From: Halorarum halobium
Lineage (GTDB): Archaea; Halobacteriota; Halobacteria; Halobacteriales; Haloferacaceae
DNA: 64,000 nucleotides
Assembly (NCBI RefSeq): GCF_032116555.1
Contig: NZ_CP134949.1
Span: forward strand, 2,356,001-2,420,000
Direction of reading: 5' to 3'
The position numbers and the translations under genes were made by a program. The notes under the pieces were generated by a model, which made no database searches, was not told the DNA's origin, and saw nothing but the letters and a program-made list of their open reading frames with translations. Positions 38,958 through 49,738 of the stretch are shown one piece after another (the stretch's first letter is position 1; each line of letters opens with the position of its first letter).

Positions 38958-39559
38958 TCACGCACGCAACAGCCGGAGCCGTCCCGTGACCAGCCCGAAC
39001 ACCGCCCCGTGAAGTGGGCCACCAGCGCGCTCCCGACGGCGCTGAACGCGAGCGTCAGGCCGGCGGCGACCAGCGCGACGACCGCCGCTGCGACCCGGGT
39101 CGAGAGCCCGATTCGATCGAGCAAGCCGGTCGAGACGGGGTTCGCCGCGAGCACGTAGCCGGCGAGCGCGAACGCCGCGCCGCTGGCGCCGAGCACGCCC
39201 GCCGACGGGCCGAGGAGGCCGCCGAGCCACACCTGGGCGAGGCCGGCGAGCGCTCCCGTGGTGACGAAGAACGCGTGAAAGCGGAATCGGGTCGTGTTCC
39301 GAGCGACGAGACTCCCGGCGAGCGCGACGACGACCGCGTTGGCGAGGAGGTGGCCCGGACTCGCGTGGGCGTACACGCTCGTGAGGAGTACCCACGGCCG
39401 GGAGACGAACGACTCCGAGAGGACGAACAGGCCCGCCAGGCCGACCAGGGCTCCCGCCCAGGTCATCAGCGAGACGAGACACATGGCCGCGAGCGTCTCG
39501 ATGACGGGGTTCCCGGCGAGCGTGAGCCACCGACGGCCCGTCGAGTCGTCGTCGGTCAT
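38958..39559 (-). CDS. Rhomboid intramembrane serine protease with an apparent 1-bp deletion near the C-terminus
   Basis: YAHAS..HLLAN, GASG and AHFTG. Adding one G at 39005-39008 restores AHFTGAVFGLVTGRLRLLRA*. Confidence 0.85.
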
Positions 39560-39779
39560 GGCGATGACACCGTGCGAGTCACGGGTGGTCAGTCTCCGTC
39601 GCCCGGGACCTAAACCTCTCGGCCCGGGTACCGAAAATGGCTCGCGAGCCGGACGGGCGCGCCCCATCGCCCGTACGATCCACTGGGCCCGGTTCGGTAT
39701 TTGAACCTTCGCCAGAGCCGTCGCTGGGCGGTCGGAAAGAGATGAGAATCGAAGCGGCGTGGGTGCGCCTTAGCGGTCC

Positions 39780-40094
39780 TCAGTCCTCGAGGACGATCTC
39801 GATGCTGACGTCGTTTGGCACCTGAATCCGCATCAGCTGCCGGAGCGCGCGTTCGTCGGCGTCGATGTCGATGAGCCGCTTGTGGACGCGCATCTCCCAG
39901 TGCTCCCACGTGGCGGTGCCTTCACCGTCCGGGGACTTCCGGGACGGGACCTCCAGCGTCTTGGTCGGGAGCGGGATCGGCCCCGACAGGGCGACGCCGG
40001 TCTTGTCCGCGATCTCCCGGACGTCGTCGCAGATGTCGTCCAGGTCCTCGGGGCTCGTCCCCGCGAGTCGGACCCGCGCCTGTTGGCCCGGCAT
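39780..40094 (-). CDS. rps10: 30S ribosomal protein uS10
   Basis: [16 protein letters not shown] and [11 protein letters not shown]. Confidence 0.98.
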   Translation of the reverse strand: MPGQQARVRLAGTSPEDLDDICDDVREIADKTGVALSGPIPLPTKTLEVPSRKSPDGEGTATWEHWEMRVHKRLIDIDADERALRQLMRIQVPNDVSIEIVLED

Positions 40095-41363
40095 CTATCG
40101 CTCGTTGACGCTGAGGACCTGGCCGGCCGCAATGGTCTGACCCATGTCGCGGATGGCGAAGCTGCCCAGCTCCGGAATCTCGCCCGACGGCTCGATGCTG
40201 AGGGGCTTCTGGGGTCGGACCGTCACCTTCGCGGCGTCGCCGGACTTGATGAAGTCCGGGTTCTCCTCGGCGACCTCGCCCGAGGACGGGTCGATCTTCG
40301 CGTCGAGCGACTCGACGGTACAGGCGACCTGGGCCGTGTGGGCGTGGAACACCGGCGTGTAGCCGGCCGTGATGACCGACGGGTGCTGCATGACGACGAT
40401 CTGAGCCTGGAACGTCTCGGCGACCGTCGGCGGATCGTCGGCCGGGCCACAGACGTCGCCGCGGCGGATGTCGTCCTTGCCGACGCCGCGGACGTTGAAC
40501 CCGACGTTGTCGCCGGGCTCGGCCTTGGGCACTTCCTCGTGGTGCATCTCGATGGTCTTGACCTCGCCGCCGGCGTCCGAGGGCTGGAACGAGACGTTGT
40601 CCCCGGTGTTGAGGACGCCCGTCTCGATGCGGCCGACCGGGACGGTCCCGATGCCCGAGATGGTGTAGACGTCCTGGATCGGCAGGCGGAGCGGCGCGTC
40701 CGTCGGCGGGGACGGCACCGGCAGGTTGTTCAGCGCCTCGAGGAGGATCTGGCCGTCGTACCAGTCCGTGTTGTCGGACCGCTCGGCCACGTTGTCGCCC
40801 TCGAAGGCCGACAGCGGGATGAACTCCGCGTCCTCGGAGTTGAAGCGCACCTGCTTGAGGAGGTCCTGCACGCCCGACTTGACCTCGTTGTAGGTGTCCT
40901 CGCTGTAGTCGACGACGTCCATCTTGTTGACGCCGACGATGAGTTCCTCGATGCCCAGCGTGCGCGAGAGGAACACGTGCTCGCGGGTCTGGGGCGCGAC
41001 GCCGTCGTCGGCCGCGACGACGAGCACCGCGTGGTCGGCCTGGGACGCACCGGTGATCATGTTCTTCACGAAGTCACGGTGGCCCGGCGTGTCGACGATG
41101 GTGAAGTGGAACTCGTCCGTGTCGAACTCCTTGTGGGCGATGTCGATGGTGACGCCGCGCTCGCGCTCCTCGGCGAGGTTGTCCATGACGTAGGCGAACT
41201 CGAAGCCGCCCTTGCCCTTCTCCTCTGCTTCCTCTCGGTACTGCTCGATCACGTGCTCGGGGACGCTCCCTGTCTCGAAGAGGAGGCGACCCACGAGCGT
41301 GGACTTCCCGTGGTCGACGTGGCCGATGATGGCCAGGTTCTGGTGGGGTTTGTCTTCGCTCAT
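40095..41363 (-). CDS. tuf: Elongation factor EF-1alpha
   Basis: [26 protein letters not shown] and NKMD. Confidence 0.99.
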   Translation of the reverse strand: MSEDKPHQNLAIIGHVDHGKSTLVGRLLFETGSVPEHVIEQYREEAEEKGKGGFEFAYVMDNLAEERERGVTIDIAHKEFDTDEFHFTIVDTPGHRDFVKNMITGASQADHAVLVVAADDGVAPQTREHVFLSRTLGIEELIVGVNKMDVVDYSEDTYNEVKSGVQDLLKQVRFNSEDAEFIPLSAFEGDNVAERSDNTDWYDGQILLEALNNLPVPSPPTDAPLRLPIQDVYTISGIGTVPVGRIETGVLNTGDNVSFQPSDAGGEVKTIEMHHEEVPKAEPGDNVGFNVRGVGKDDIRRGDVCGPADDPPTVAETFQAQIVVMQHPSVITAGYTPVFHAHTAQVACTVESLDAKIDPSSGEVAEENPDFIKSGDAAKVTVRPQKPLSIEPSGEIPELGSFAIRDMGQTIAAGQVLSVNER

Positions 41364-41644
41364 TGTGGAATCACGCGCTAAGGCGCTCTGTAAGGGTCCG
41401 TTCGTCTGATTGCCCTAAAACCATTTCGATACGCTGCACGCCCCGTCACGGCGCAGTCTTGCGATTTTTCGTGTGTCGCGTTCTCGTGCGTTCGGTTCCC
41501 ACGGTGTGATCGGGAGGACGTGGTCGGCGTGTTTCCGGCTGATCGTCGACCGGGCCGAAACGACAGGTTGGCGTCCGAGCCGTTCCTGACGGTGCAGAGC
41601 GGCCCACCGGACGTCCCGAACCGGAATCGAAACTCGGTCCGCCC

Positions 41645-42625
41645 CTACCCCAGCCGCCCCACGTCCGAGAGCACCGCGCTGGCGGTCTCCTCCCCGCCCG
41701 CGCCGGCACCGGAGATCGCCAGGTCGCCCGAGTAGTCCGCGTCGATTTTGACGATGTTCCTCGTCCCCGACACCGCGAGCGTCCCGTTCTGGGGCACGAG
41801 CCGGGGGCCCACGCGGACCCCCTCCCTCGTCGCCTCGCCGATGAGTCGCACGGTTCGGCCGTCGTTGATCGCGAGTTCGAGCGCGCTGCCGGTGACGTTT
41901 CGGATCCCCTCGACGTCGGCGTCCGCGAGAGCCAGTTCCCGGTCCCGGAGTTCCGCGACCGTCTCGCAGCCGGCCTCCCGGAGCACGTTCGCCAGGATGA
42001 CACACTTCAGCGCGGCGTCGGTCCCCTCGACGTCGAATGAGGGGTCCGCCTCGGCGACGCCGAGGTCCTGGGCCTCCGCGAGCACGTGGTCGTAGTCCAG
42101 CCCCTCGGCGGCCATCCGCGAGAGCACGAAGTTCGCGGTGCCGTTGAGCACGCCCCTGACCGCGGTCACGCGCTCGGGCCCGAGGTCGTCGATGGTCGCG
42201 AGCGCCGGGATCGCCCCCGCGACGGTCGCCTCGAACAGCACCTCGCCGTGGCTGTCGGCCTCCAGGGCGCGCACGTCCGCGAAGCGCTCGGCGACCGGAC
42301 CTTTGTTCGCGAGCACGACGTCCCTGTCGCGCTCTAGCGCGGTCCGCACGTGCGAGAAGCCGGGTTCGGCGTCGCCGAGCGTCGTCGGCGTCGCCTCCAC
42401 GAGGGCGTCGTAGTCGGCGGCCAGCACGTCCGCCGGGTCCGCGTCCCCGAGGCCGGCCCCGTCGTCCTTGCCCGCGAGCGCGCCGGCGACGTCCACGCCG
42501 TCGGGGTCGACGACCGCCGAGGACGAGTCCGCGAGCGCGACCACGGCGTAGCCGTACTCGCCGGCCAGTTGGGCGACGGAACGGCCGACCGCGCCCGCGC
42601 CCAGCACCGCGAGCCGCGTCGTCAT
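41645..42625 (-). CDS. hom: Homoserine dehydrogenase
   Basis: GAGAVG, VLANKGP, FEATV.G, GVLNGTANF and EADPSFDVEG.D. Confidence 0.96.
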   Translation of the reverse strand: MTTRLAVLGAGAVGRSVAQLAGEYGYAVVALADSSSAVVDPDGVDVAGALAGKDDGAGLGDADPADVLAADYDALVEATPTTLGDAEPGFSHVRTALERDRDVVLANKGPVAERFADVRALEADSHGEVLFEATVAGAIPALATIDDLGPERVTAVRGVLNGTANFVLSRMAAEGLDYDHVLAEAQDLGVAEADPSFDVEGTDAALKCVILANVLREAGCETVAELRDRELALADADVEGIRNVTGSALELAINDGRTVRLIGEATREGVRVGPRLVPQNGTLAVSGTRNIVKIDADYSGDLAISGAGAGGEETASAVLSDVGRLG

Positions 42626-43287
42626 TGGCCCCCCTCCATCGGCTCGATGACGTGGATTCCCTTCTCGGCCGCGACCGAGCGAACCGTCTCCAGCACCCCG
42701 GCCGTCTCGCCCTCGCGCGCCCTGAGTCGCAGGCGGGCGCTCGACTGCTCGTCGCTCCCGGCCCCGGCGGGCGCCGACAGCTCCAGGTCGGCGACGGTCG
42801 CGTTCGAACCGTCCACGAGCCGCCGCAGCGTGTCCGAGAGGTCGGTGTCGACGAGGTGGCCGACCAGCACCACCGTCACCTCGGCTCCGAACTCCTCCGC
42901 GCCCGCGCGGGTGACGTTCACCCCGTTGTCACGCAGCGCCTCGAGGATGGTCTCGAACCGGTCCGGCGGACACTCCAGATCGACGGCGACGGGGATTCGC
43001 CCCCGCGGCGTGATGTTCCCCCGTTCGTGGAACACCGACAGCAGGTTGCCGCCGTTCTCGGCGATGGGTTTCAGCGCGGCCAGTAGCTGGCCGGGCTCGT
43101 CGACGAGTTCGATGCGGACGGTGTGTGCGACGGGCGCGTCGCCGCCGTCGGCCCGGGTCGCCTCCTCCTCGGGCGCGTCGCCGCCGTCGGCTCCGGGCTC
43201 GCCGTCAGTTCTCGGTCCGCCGTCGGTGCGCGCGCCGGCCTCGGACGGCGGGCGCTCGCCGGGGGCTGCCGCCGGGTCGGCGGGCAT
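42622..43287 (-). CDS. ACT-domain regulator of homoserine dehydrogenase
   Basis: ELVDEPGQLL..GGNLLSVFHER, two ACT folds, ATGA overlap with hom, low-complexity N-terminal extension. Confidence 0.9.
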   Translation of the reverse strand: MPADPAAAPGERPPSEAGARTDGGPRTDGEPGADGGDAPEEEATRADGGDAPVAHTVRIELVDEPGQLLAALKPIAENGGNLLSVFHERGNITPRGRIPVAVDLECPPDRFETILEALRDNGVNVTRAGAEEFGAEVTVVLVGHLVDTDLSDTLRRLVDGSNATVADLELSAPAGAGSDEQSSARLRLRAREGETAGVLETVRSVAAEKGIHVIEPMEGGQ

Positions 43288-43425
43288 CTACCTCGCCCCC
43301 CGGCCCGCGTCAGCCCGTCCCATCCCGGTCGCGGTGTGGCAGGACCCGACAGTTGTTGTCGACGTGCGGGGCTGGTGGAGTCGTTCGCAGCCGTCGCGCC
43401 GACCGTGGGTCGTGCCACTTGGCAT
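43288..43425 (-). CDS. Putative Thr-rich leader peptide (45 aa)
   Basis: TATA-like CTTATC 25-30 bp upstream, 8 Thr including ACA-ACA-ACT, and a TAG stop directly abutting the next ATG. Confidence 0.55.
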   Translation of the reverse strand: MPSGTTHGRRDGCERLHQPRTSTTTVGSCHTATGMGRADAGRGAR

Positions 43426-43653
43426 GCTCTGTTTCTGGGGAGGGGGAGGTGATAAGTCTTCTACGGTGGCGAGGATTGCCAGTGTGTGGTCGGTTCTGAA
43501 CTGCACGCAAAGTTGGTTCGTCCATCGTCGGGATCACGCTGGTGACGACCGCGGCAGCCGCGGTAGCGAACGCGGTCACGGTCGGACTCGTCAGTCGGAG
43601 CCGTCACTCACGGACGAAGCACGACTGAAAGAAGGGAATCGAGAAGAAACCGA

Positions 43654-45846
43654 CTAGATGTACTCGATCGAGGGCGGCAGTTCGAGCTTCATACCCTTCC
43701 GCTCGCGGATCTCCATGATCGTCTCGCGCTGGAGGTTGTCCACGAGCACGCGGAAGCCCGCGTTCTCCGTGTTCCAGGAGGCGCGACCCTCGGTCGCGCT
43801 GCGGATGTCGCTGGAGAAGCCGATCATCTCCTCGACGGGCGCGATGCCCTCGATGACCATGAGGTCGCCCTCCTGGTACATGTCGTCGACGCGGCCGCGG
43901 CGACCCTGGATTTCCCCGGAGGCGTCGCCCATGTACTCGTTGGGCACGTCGATGCGGACGTCCTGGATCGGCTCGAGCAGGCGGACCTCCGCGTCGATGA
44001 GCGCGCGGTGGACCGCGTCCCGGACCGCCGGGATGACCTGTGCGGGGCCGCGGTGGATCGTGTCCTCGTGGAGCCGCGCGTCGTGGAGGCGGAACAGCGA
44101 GCCCTGGACGGGTTCGGCGGCGAGCGGGCCATCGTCGAGTGCCTCGTCGAGGCCCTCGATGACGAGCTCCATCGTCTCGTTCAGGTGCTGGATCCCCTTC
44201 GTGTCGTCGATGAGGATGTTCGTCCCGTGGATGTGCTCGACGTTCTGGGACGTGTCCTTGTCCATGCCGGCCGCCTGGAGCGCCTCGCGGCGCTCGAGTT
44301 CGGGCATGTCCATCGAGATCTCGCCGAGCTGGATGTCGTCGACGATCGACTGGGCCATCGGCTCGACGGTGATGTAGAACTTGTTGTGCCGGTTCGGCGA
44401 GACGCCCTCGACCTCGCGGGAGGCCTCCTGTGGCTGCTCGCGGAACACGACGATCGGTTCGCCGGTGTTGACCGGGATGCCCTGGTTCTTCTGGATGCGC
44501 TGGGTGATGACCTCGAGGTGGAGCTCACCCTGCCCGGAGATGAGGTGCTCGCCGGTGTCCTCGTTGATCTCCACGCGGATCGTCGGGTCCTCCTTGGCGA
44601 CCTGCTGGAGCGTCTGGATGAGCTTTGGCAGGTCGTCCATGTTCTGGGCCTCGACGGACTTCGTGATGACCGGCTCCGAGATGTGCTCGATCGACTCGAA
44701 CGGCGTCATCTCGATGTCGGAGACGGTCGAGCCGGCGATGGCGTCCTTCAGGCCGGTGACCGCCGCGATGTTGCCGGCGGGGACGCCCCGATCGAGCTCC
44801 TCACGCTCGCCGCCCATGTAGATCCCGACCGACTGGACGCGGTTCTTCCCGGCCGTCCCGGAGACGAACAGCTCCTGGCCCTTCTCGAGCGTGCCCGAGA
44901 AGACGCGGCCGGTCACGATCTCGCCGGCGTGGGGGTCCATCCCGATGTCGGTACACATGAGGACGATGTTGCCGTCGCGGTCCACGGTCTGCATGTCCTC
45001 GGCGACCTCGGAGTCGTCGTCGCCGCGCCAGATGCGCGGGACGCGGAACGGCTGGGCCGTGAGCGGGTTCGGGAAGTGCTCGGCGACCATGTCGAGCACG
45101 ACGTCCGAGAGCGGCGTGCGCTCGTGGAGCTCCTCGCGGTTGTCGTTCTGCTCCATCTCGATGATGTCCGCAAAGGAGATGCCCGTCGCCTCCATCGAGG
45201 GCATCGAGACGCCCCACTTGTACAGCGCGGAGCCGAAGCCGACGGTGCCCTCCTCGACCGAGACCGTCCAGTCCTCGGTGATGTCGTCCATCTCCTCGGT
45301 CATCCCGCGGATGAGCTCGTTGACGTCGCCGATGACGTCCATGAGCCGCTGTTGCATCTCCTGGGGACCCTCCTGGAGCTCGTTGATGAGGCGGTCGACC
45401 TTGTTGATGAACAGCGCGGGCTTGACGCCCTCGCGGAGCGCCTGCCGGAGCACCGTCTCGGTCTGGGGCATCGCCCCCTCGACCGCGTCGACGACGACGA
45501 GCGCGCCGTCGACGGCGCGCATCGCCCGGGTCACGTCGCCGCCGAAGTCGACGTGGCCGGGGGTGTCGATGAGGTTGATGAGGTGGTTGGTGCCCTCGTA
45601 CTCGTGGGTCATCGAGACGTTCGCCGCGTCGATGGTGATGCCCCGCTCCTGCTCGTCCTCCTCGGTGTCCATGGCGAGCTGCTGGCCCGCGGTGTCGTCC
45701 GAGATCATGCCGGCACCGGCCAGCAGGTTGTCCGAGAGTGTCGTCTTGCCGTGGTCAACGTGAGCCGCGATGGCGATGTTCCGGATGTGCTCCGGCTCGT
45801 CCATCAGCGTCTCACATTCCTGTACGATTTTCTTTCGTCGGCCCAT
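43654..45846 (-). CDS. fusA: Elongation factor EF-2
   Basis: [21 protein letters not shown] and the diphthamide loop HEDTIHRG. Confidence 0.99.
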   Translation of the reverse strand: MGRRKKIVQECETLMDEPEHIRNIAIAAHVDHGKTTLSDNLLAGAGMISDDTAGQQLAMDTEEDEQERGITIDAANVSMTHEYEGTNHLINLIDTPGHVDFGGDVTRAMRAVDGALVVVDAVEGAMPQTETVLRQALREGVKPALFINKVDRLINELQEGPQEMQQRLMDVIGDVNELIRGMTEEMDDITEDWTVSVEEGTVGFGSALYKWGVSMPSMEATGISFADIIEMEQNDNREELHERTPLSDVVLDMVAEHFPNPLTAQPFRVPRIWRGDDDSEVAEDMQTVDRDGNIVLMCTDIGMDPHAGEIVTGRVFSGTLEKGQELFVSGTAGKNRVQSVGIYMGGEREELDRGVPAGNIAAVTGLKDAIAGSTVSDIEMTPFESIEHISEPVITKSVEAQNMDDLPKLIQTLQQVAKEDPTIRVEINEDTGEHLISGQGELHLEVITQRIQKNQGIPVNTGEPIVVFREQPQEASREVEGVSPNRHNKFYITVEPMAQSIVDDIQLGEISMDMPELERREALQAAGMDKDTSQNVEHIHGTNILIDDTKGIQHLNETMELVIEGLDEALDDGPLAAEPVQGSLFRLHDARLHEDTIHRGPAQVIPAVRDAVHRALIDAEVRLLEPIQDVRIDVPNEYMGDASGEIQGRRGRVDDMYQEGDLMVIEGIAPVEEMIGFSSDIRSATEGRASWNTENAGFRVLVDNLQRETIMEIRERKGMKLELPPSIEYI

Positions 45847-46092
45847 TACCGGGCGCTACTGTGCGCCCGGTCAAAAGGGTAGTGCTTTGCCGGCGCCGAA
45901 AGCGCCGTCTGCGGCGCTCTCCCGCCCCGTGACAACGGTTCTCGTGCTATCCCGGTTCCGGCGGCTACCGCGCTCGCCCGCCGTCCGACCACTCGGCTTC
46001 GTGACCGGTGAGGCTCCGGCGTGACGACCGGCCGACGCAAACCCGCCGCCGTCCGTAGCTATTTACGAGTCTCACACCCACGTCCCCACGTC

Positions 46093-47004
46093 ATGTCGGA
46101 CAAGACGGTCGGCTTCATCGGCCTGGGAATCATGGGGCTCCCGATGGCGACGAACCTCCTCGACGCCGGCTACCGCGTCGTGGGCCACAACCGCTCGCCG
46201 GAACCGACGGCGGAACTGGTCGCCCACGGCGGCGAGGACGGCGAGTCGCCGGCGGGCGTCGCCGAACGGAGCGACGTCGTGCTGCTGTGTCTCCCCGACT
46301 CGCCCGACGTGGAGCGGGTCGTCCTCGGCGACGGCGGGGAACCGAACCCGGTGGTGGACGGCGTCGGCCCGGGGACGACCGTGATCGACCACTCGACCAT
46401 CTCGCCGACCGTCGCGGAACGCGTCGCCGAGGCGCTCGCAGCCGAGGACGCGACGCTGCTCGACGCCCCCATCTCGGGCGGCGAGGAGGGCGCGATCGAG
46501 GGGACGCTCTCGATCATGGTCGGCGGCGACGAGGACGCGCTGGACGCCCAGCGGGACGTCCTCGACGTCGTCGGGGGGACCGTCACCCACTGTGGCCCGA
46601 GCGGCGCGGGCCAGACGACGAAGGCGTGCAACCAGATCGTCGTCGCCGCCCAGATGGTCGGCGTGAGCGAGGCGCTGGTGTTCGCGGACAACGCGGGCGC
46701 CGACCTCGAAGCGGTCGTCGAGGCCATCAGCGGCGGCGCGGCCGGCTGCTGGGCGCTCGACAACCGCGCCCCGGACATGATCCACGGCGACTTCGACCCG
46801 GGCTTCTTCGCCGAGTACCAGTACAAGGACCTCCGCATCGCCACCGACGCGGGCGAGGCGTTCGGCTCGCCGATGCCGCAAACGTCGCTCGCCCACGAAC
46901 TGTACAAGTCGATGGTCGAGAACGGGATGGGGCGGGACGACAACTCCGGCGTGATGCAGGTGCTCGAACTCATGAACGGCGGGCCGGCCCGCGCCGAGGA
47001 GTAG
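46093..47004 (+). CDS. NAD(P)-dependent beta-hydroxyacid dehydrogenase (tartronate semialdehyde reductase-like)
   Basis: GFIGLGIMG, DAPISGG, GTLSIMVGG, K.CNQ and KDL. Confidence 0.9.
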   Translation: MSDKTVGFIGLGIMGLPMATNLLDAGYRVVGHNRSPEPTAELVAHGGEDGESPAGVAERSDVVLLCLPDSPDVERVVLGDGGEPNPVVDGVGPGTTVIDHSTISPTVAERVAEALAAEDATLLDAPISGGEEGAIEGTLSIMVGGDEDALDAQRDVLDVVGGTVTHCGPSGAGQTTKACNQIVVAAQMVGVSEALVFADNAGADLEAVVEAISGGAAGCWALDNRAPDMIHGDFDPGFFAEYQYKDLRIATDAGEAFGSPMPQTSLAHELYKSMVENGMGRDDNSGVMQVLELMNGGPARAEE

Positions 47005-47113
47005 GGAACGACTCGCGTCGAGGAGGAGGGAAGACTACGCGTCGCCGGCCGGTCGGGCCGCCCCCCCAACCGGCACAAGAGTGAAACGGTCGCGGGCCGT
47101 GACAGTCTCTCAC

Positions 47114-47908
47114 ATGGAACTGCGACTGGGTGACGACGGCCCGCCCGAACCCCTTCTCGGCGCCGCGTCGCTCCTCGAGACCGAACGTGACCTCGACCTG
47201 CCGGTCCACGTCCGCGTCAGCGACGACCCCGACGAGCGCACGTGGGCCGGCCACTACGAGGACCGCCACGTGCTGAACATCTCCCGGAAAGCCGCGACGA
47301 GCGCGATGGCCCGGGAGCTCGCGCTCCACGAGTTCGCCCACATGGCCCGCTACGAGGAGGGTCACCCCTCCCACGTCCAGCCGACCGAGGAGGCGCTGTT
47401 CCTCGCGCTCGCCGGGCGATCCGTCGAGCGCCACAGGCTCGCCCACTGCTATCAGATCGCCAACCACATGAAGGACGTCTACGCCGACGACATCACGCTC
47501 TCGGTCGGCCCGGGCGGCAAGCTCGTCACGTTCTTCGAGTCGCAACTGGCCGCCGCCGTCGCGGACCGCCCCCGCGAGCACCACCACCCGGACTCGCGGC
47601 TGCTCACGGGGAGCGCCGACCCGGACATCACGGCGGTGAACGCGGCGTTCGCGCTGGCGATGTGCGAGCGACACGACCTCGTCGACCGCGGCCACCGACT
47701 GTACGACCTCGCGCACGCGGCCGCGGACGACGCGCCCGGCGTCGACGTCGCCGCGTTCACGCGGCTGTTCCGCTCGCTCGCCGAGGACCCCTCCGCCTCG
47801 GAGTACCGCAGAACGCTGGTCGACGCGGCCCGACGATACGCGGTCGACGCGAGCGGCTCGGGCGGTTCGGGAGACGGTCCCGGCGACGGCACGGCGGCGG
47901 CCGACTGA
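47114..47908 (+). CDS. DUF5781-like protein with an HExxH motif
   Basis: LALHEFAHM..H.SH. Haloarchaeal composition. Confidence 0.78.
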   Translation: MELRLGDDGPPEPLLGAASLLETERDLDLPVHVRVSDDPDERTWAGHYEDRHVLNISRKAATSAMARELALHEFAHMARYEEGHPSHVQPTEEALFLALAGRSVERHRLAHCYQIANHMKDVYADDITLSVGPGGKLVTFFESQLAAAVADRPREHHHPDSRLLTGSADPDITAVNAAFALAMCERHDLVDRGHRLYDLAHAAADDAPGVDVAAFTRLFRSLAEDPSASEYRRTLVDAARRYAVDASGSGGSGDGPGDGTAAAD

Positions 47909-47983
47909 GCGGGCTCTGGCCCCCTGACGGCGTGGGCCAGGATCGGCTGGACCGGCACCGGAGGCGGCCCGACGGAACTGGCG

Positions 47984-49276
47984 CTACGAGGTCGTTCGGG
48001 TGCCCGCCGCGACCGGCCGTCCGACCGCGGCGGCACCGACCGCGAGCAGCACCACACAGCCCAGCATCGCCGGCGCCGCCACCGCGCCGAAGGCGTCGGC
48101 GACCACCCCCGCCGCCAGCGCGAGCGGCGTCCGGACGGCGCCCTGGACCATCGACACCGCCGAGAGCGTCGTCGCGCGCCCCGCGTCGCCGACACGGTCG
48201 TTCACGTAGCCGTACGCGATGGGGACGAAGAGGGGGCTCGTCGCCGTCCGCGCGACGAACATCGGCAGCGCGGCGACGAGGACGAGCGGTGGCAGGAGCA
48301 TGAGGACGGCGGTCACCGCGGGAACGAGCAGGACCGCGCCGCGGACGCCGAGCAGGTCCTCGACCCTGCCGGCCGACGCGGCGGCCACGCCGGCGACGCC
48401 GGTGAAGGAGGCGTACATCGCGCCCAGCAGCGACGACTCGGGAACCGCCGACAGCGACGGCGGCAGGAGCGTCCGGAACAGGTCGACGCCGATGGGCTGA
48501 ACGTAGCCGCCGGCCGCGCCCACGCCCGCCAGCACGACGGCGACGAACGGGACGAACCCCCGGAGGCCCGGGGTGGCGAACGAGTCGCGGACCACGCCCA
48601 GCGCCGCACGCGCGGACGTGCCCGCACCCGGGGCCGACCCTCCACCCGCCTCGCGGTCGCCAGTCGACCCCGACTCGCCGTCGGCCACCGATCCCGTCCC
48701 GTCGCCCCTCCGGCCGCTCGCCGGGAGCGTCCACAGGACCCCGAAGCCGAGGAGGTTCAGCGCGACCGAGGCGACGAACGGGACGCGCGGGTCGACGGCG
48801 TACAGGACCCCGCCCGCGAGCATCGTCGCCACCGAGGTCCAGCGCTCCACCGCGCCGGCGCGTCCGCGGACGCGGGTGAACGCCCCCGCGTCGAGGTGCC
48901 GCTGGAGCGTCTCGTAGAGCCACGCGTCGCCGCTGCCGGAGTTGAACGTCGTCGCGAACGCCCAGATCACGTAGAGGACGGCGTAGCCGGCGAACGAGTC
49001 GGCGACGACGAACCCAGCGAGCGAGAGCGCGGTGCAGGCGACGCCGCCGGCCATGCTCGCGCGGCGGCCCCACCGGTCGCCGACGTAGCCGGTCGGCACC
49101 TCGCTCGCCACGACGACCGCGGCGTAGATGGCCGACAGCGTGCCGTAGCCCGTGAACGACACGTCGCGGAGCACGAACAGCGCGAAGATGGGGTAGATGA
49201 ACCCGACCGACCGCGTGACCTGGAACCAGTAGAACCGGCGGACGAGGCGGCGTCCTCCGGTTGCCTCGTTCGACAT
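47984..49276 (-). CDS. MFS transporter
   Basis: EVPTGYVGDRWGRR, SG...AWLYE and about 12 TM segments. Confidence 0.9.
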   Translation of the reverse strand: MSNEATGGRRLVRRFYWFQVTRSVGFIYPIFALFVLRDVSFTGYGTLSAIYAAVVVASEVPTGYVGDRWGRRASMAGGVACTALSLAGFVVADSFAGYAVLYVIWAFATTFNSGSGDAWLYETLQRHLDAGAFTRVRGRAGAVERWTSVATMLAGGVLYAVDPRVPFVASVALNLLGFGVLWTLPASGRRGDGTGSVADGESGSTGDREAGGGSAPGAGTSARAALGVVRDSFATPGLRGFVPFVAVVLAGVGAAGGYVQPIGVDLFRTLLPPSLSAVPESSLLGAMYASFTGVAGVAAASAGRVEDLLGVRGAVLLVPAVTAVLMLLPPLVLVAALPMFVARTATSPLFVPIAYGYVNDRVGDAGRATTLSAVSMVQGAVRTPLALAAGVVADAFGAVAAPAMLGCVVLLAVGAAAVGRPVAAGTRTTS

Positions 49277-49350
49277 GGGTACGAGTGGCGGCGGCCGGGG
49301 CAAATGCGTTCCCTGAAGCGCGTTTCAGTTTTCGGTGGTGTGATTGGTCC

Positions 49351-49434
49351 GTCGGATGGTGGCAGGAACGACCGGTCGGGTAGTGGGAGGACCAGTCGGT
49401 CGGGTAGTGGCAGGAACGGTCGGTCGGGTAGTGG
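49351..49434. repeat. 24-bp degenerate tandem repeat (3.5 copies)
   Basis: GTCGGGTAGTGGCAGGAACGGTCG-like units at 49351, 49375, 49399 and 49423. Confidence 0.8.
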
Positions 49435-49444
49435 TGACGACCGC

Positions 49445-49656
49445 GAAAGCCCCCGCGGCTGTCGGCTCCGGCGAACCGCGCTGTGCTCCTCGGCTCACTG
49501 CGTTCGCCTGCGGTGCTTGCGGGTTCGGGGTTCGCCGACAGCCGCGGCCCCTTTCAGTCCCACCCGCCGTACTGCACTGCACCGCACCTCACCCTCCCCA
49601 GCCTCCTGTGCTCCTCGCGTGCGCTCGCTTCGCTCGCAGTCACGCGCGCCATGTGG
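49445..49656. repeat. Palindromic intergenic repeat element (MITE/PATE-like)
   Basis: 14-bp perfect stem 49453-49466/49534-49547 closed by GAAAG/CTTTC. The 3' part is shared with the 12893-12964 region. Confidence 0.7.
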
Positions 49657-49738
49657 TTGATTCACTTCGCACCGAGAGCGGTCGCCACGGTGCATCGTCC
49701 GAGTGGGCTTTTTACCCCTCCGCCCCGGACGCGGCGGT

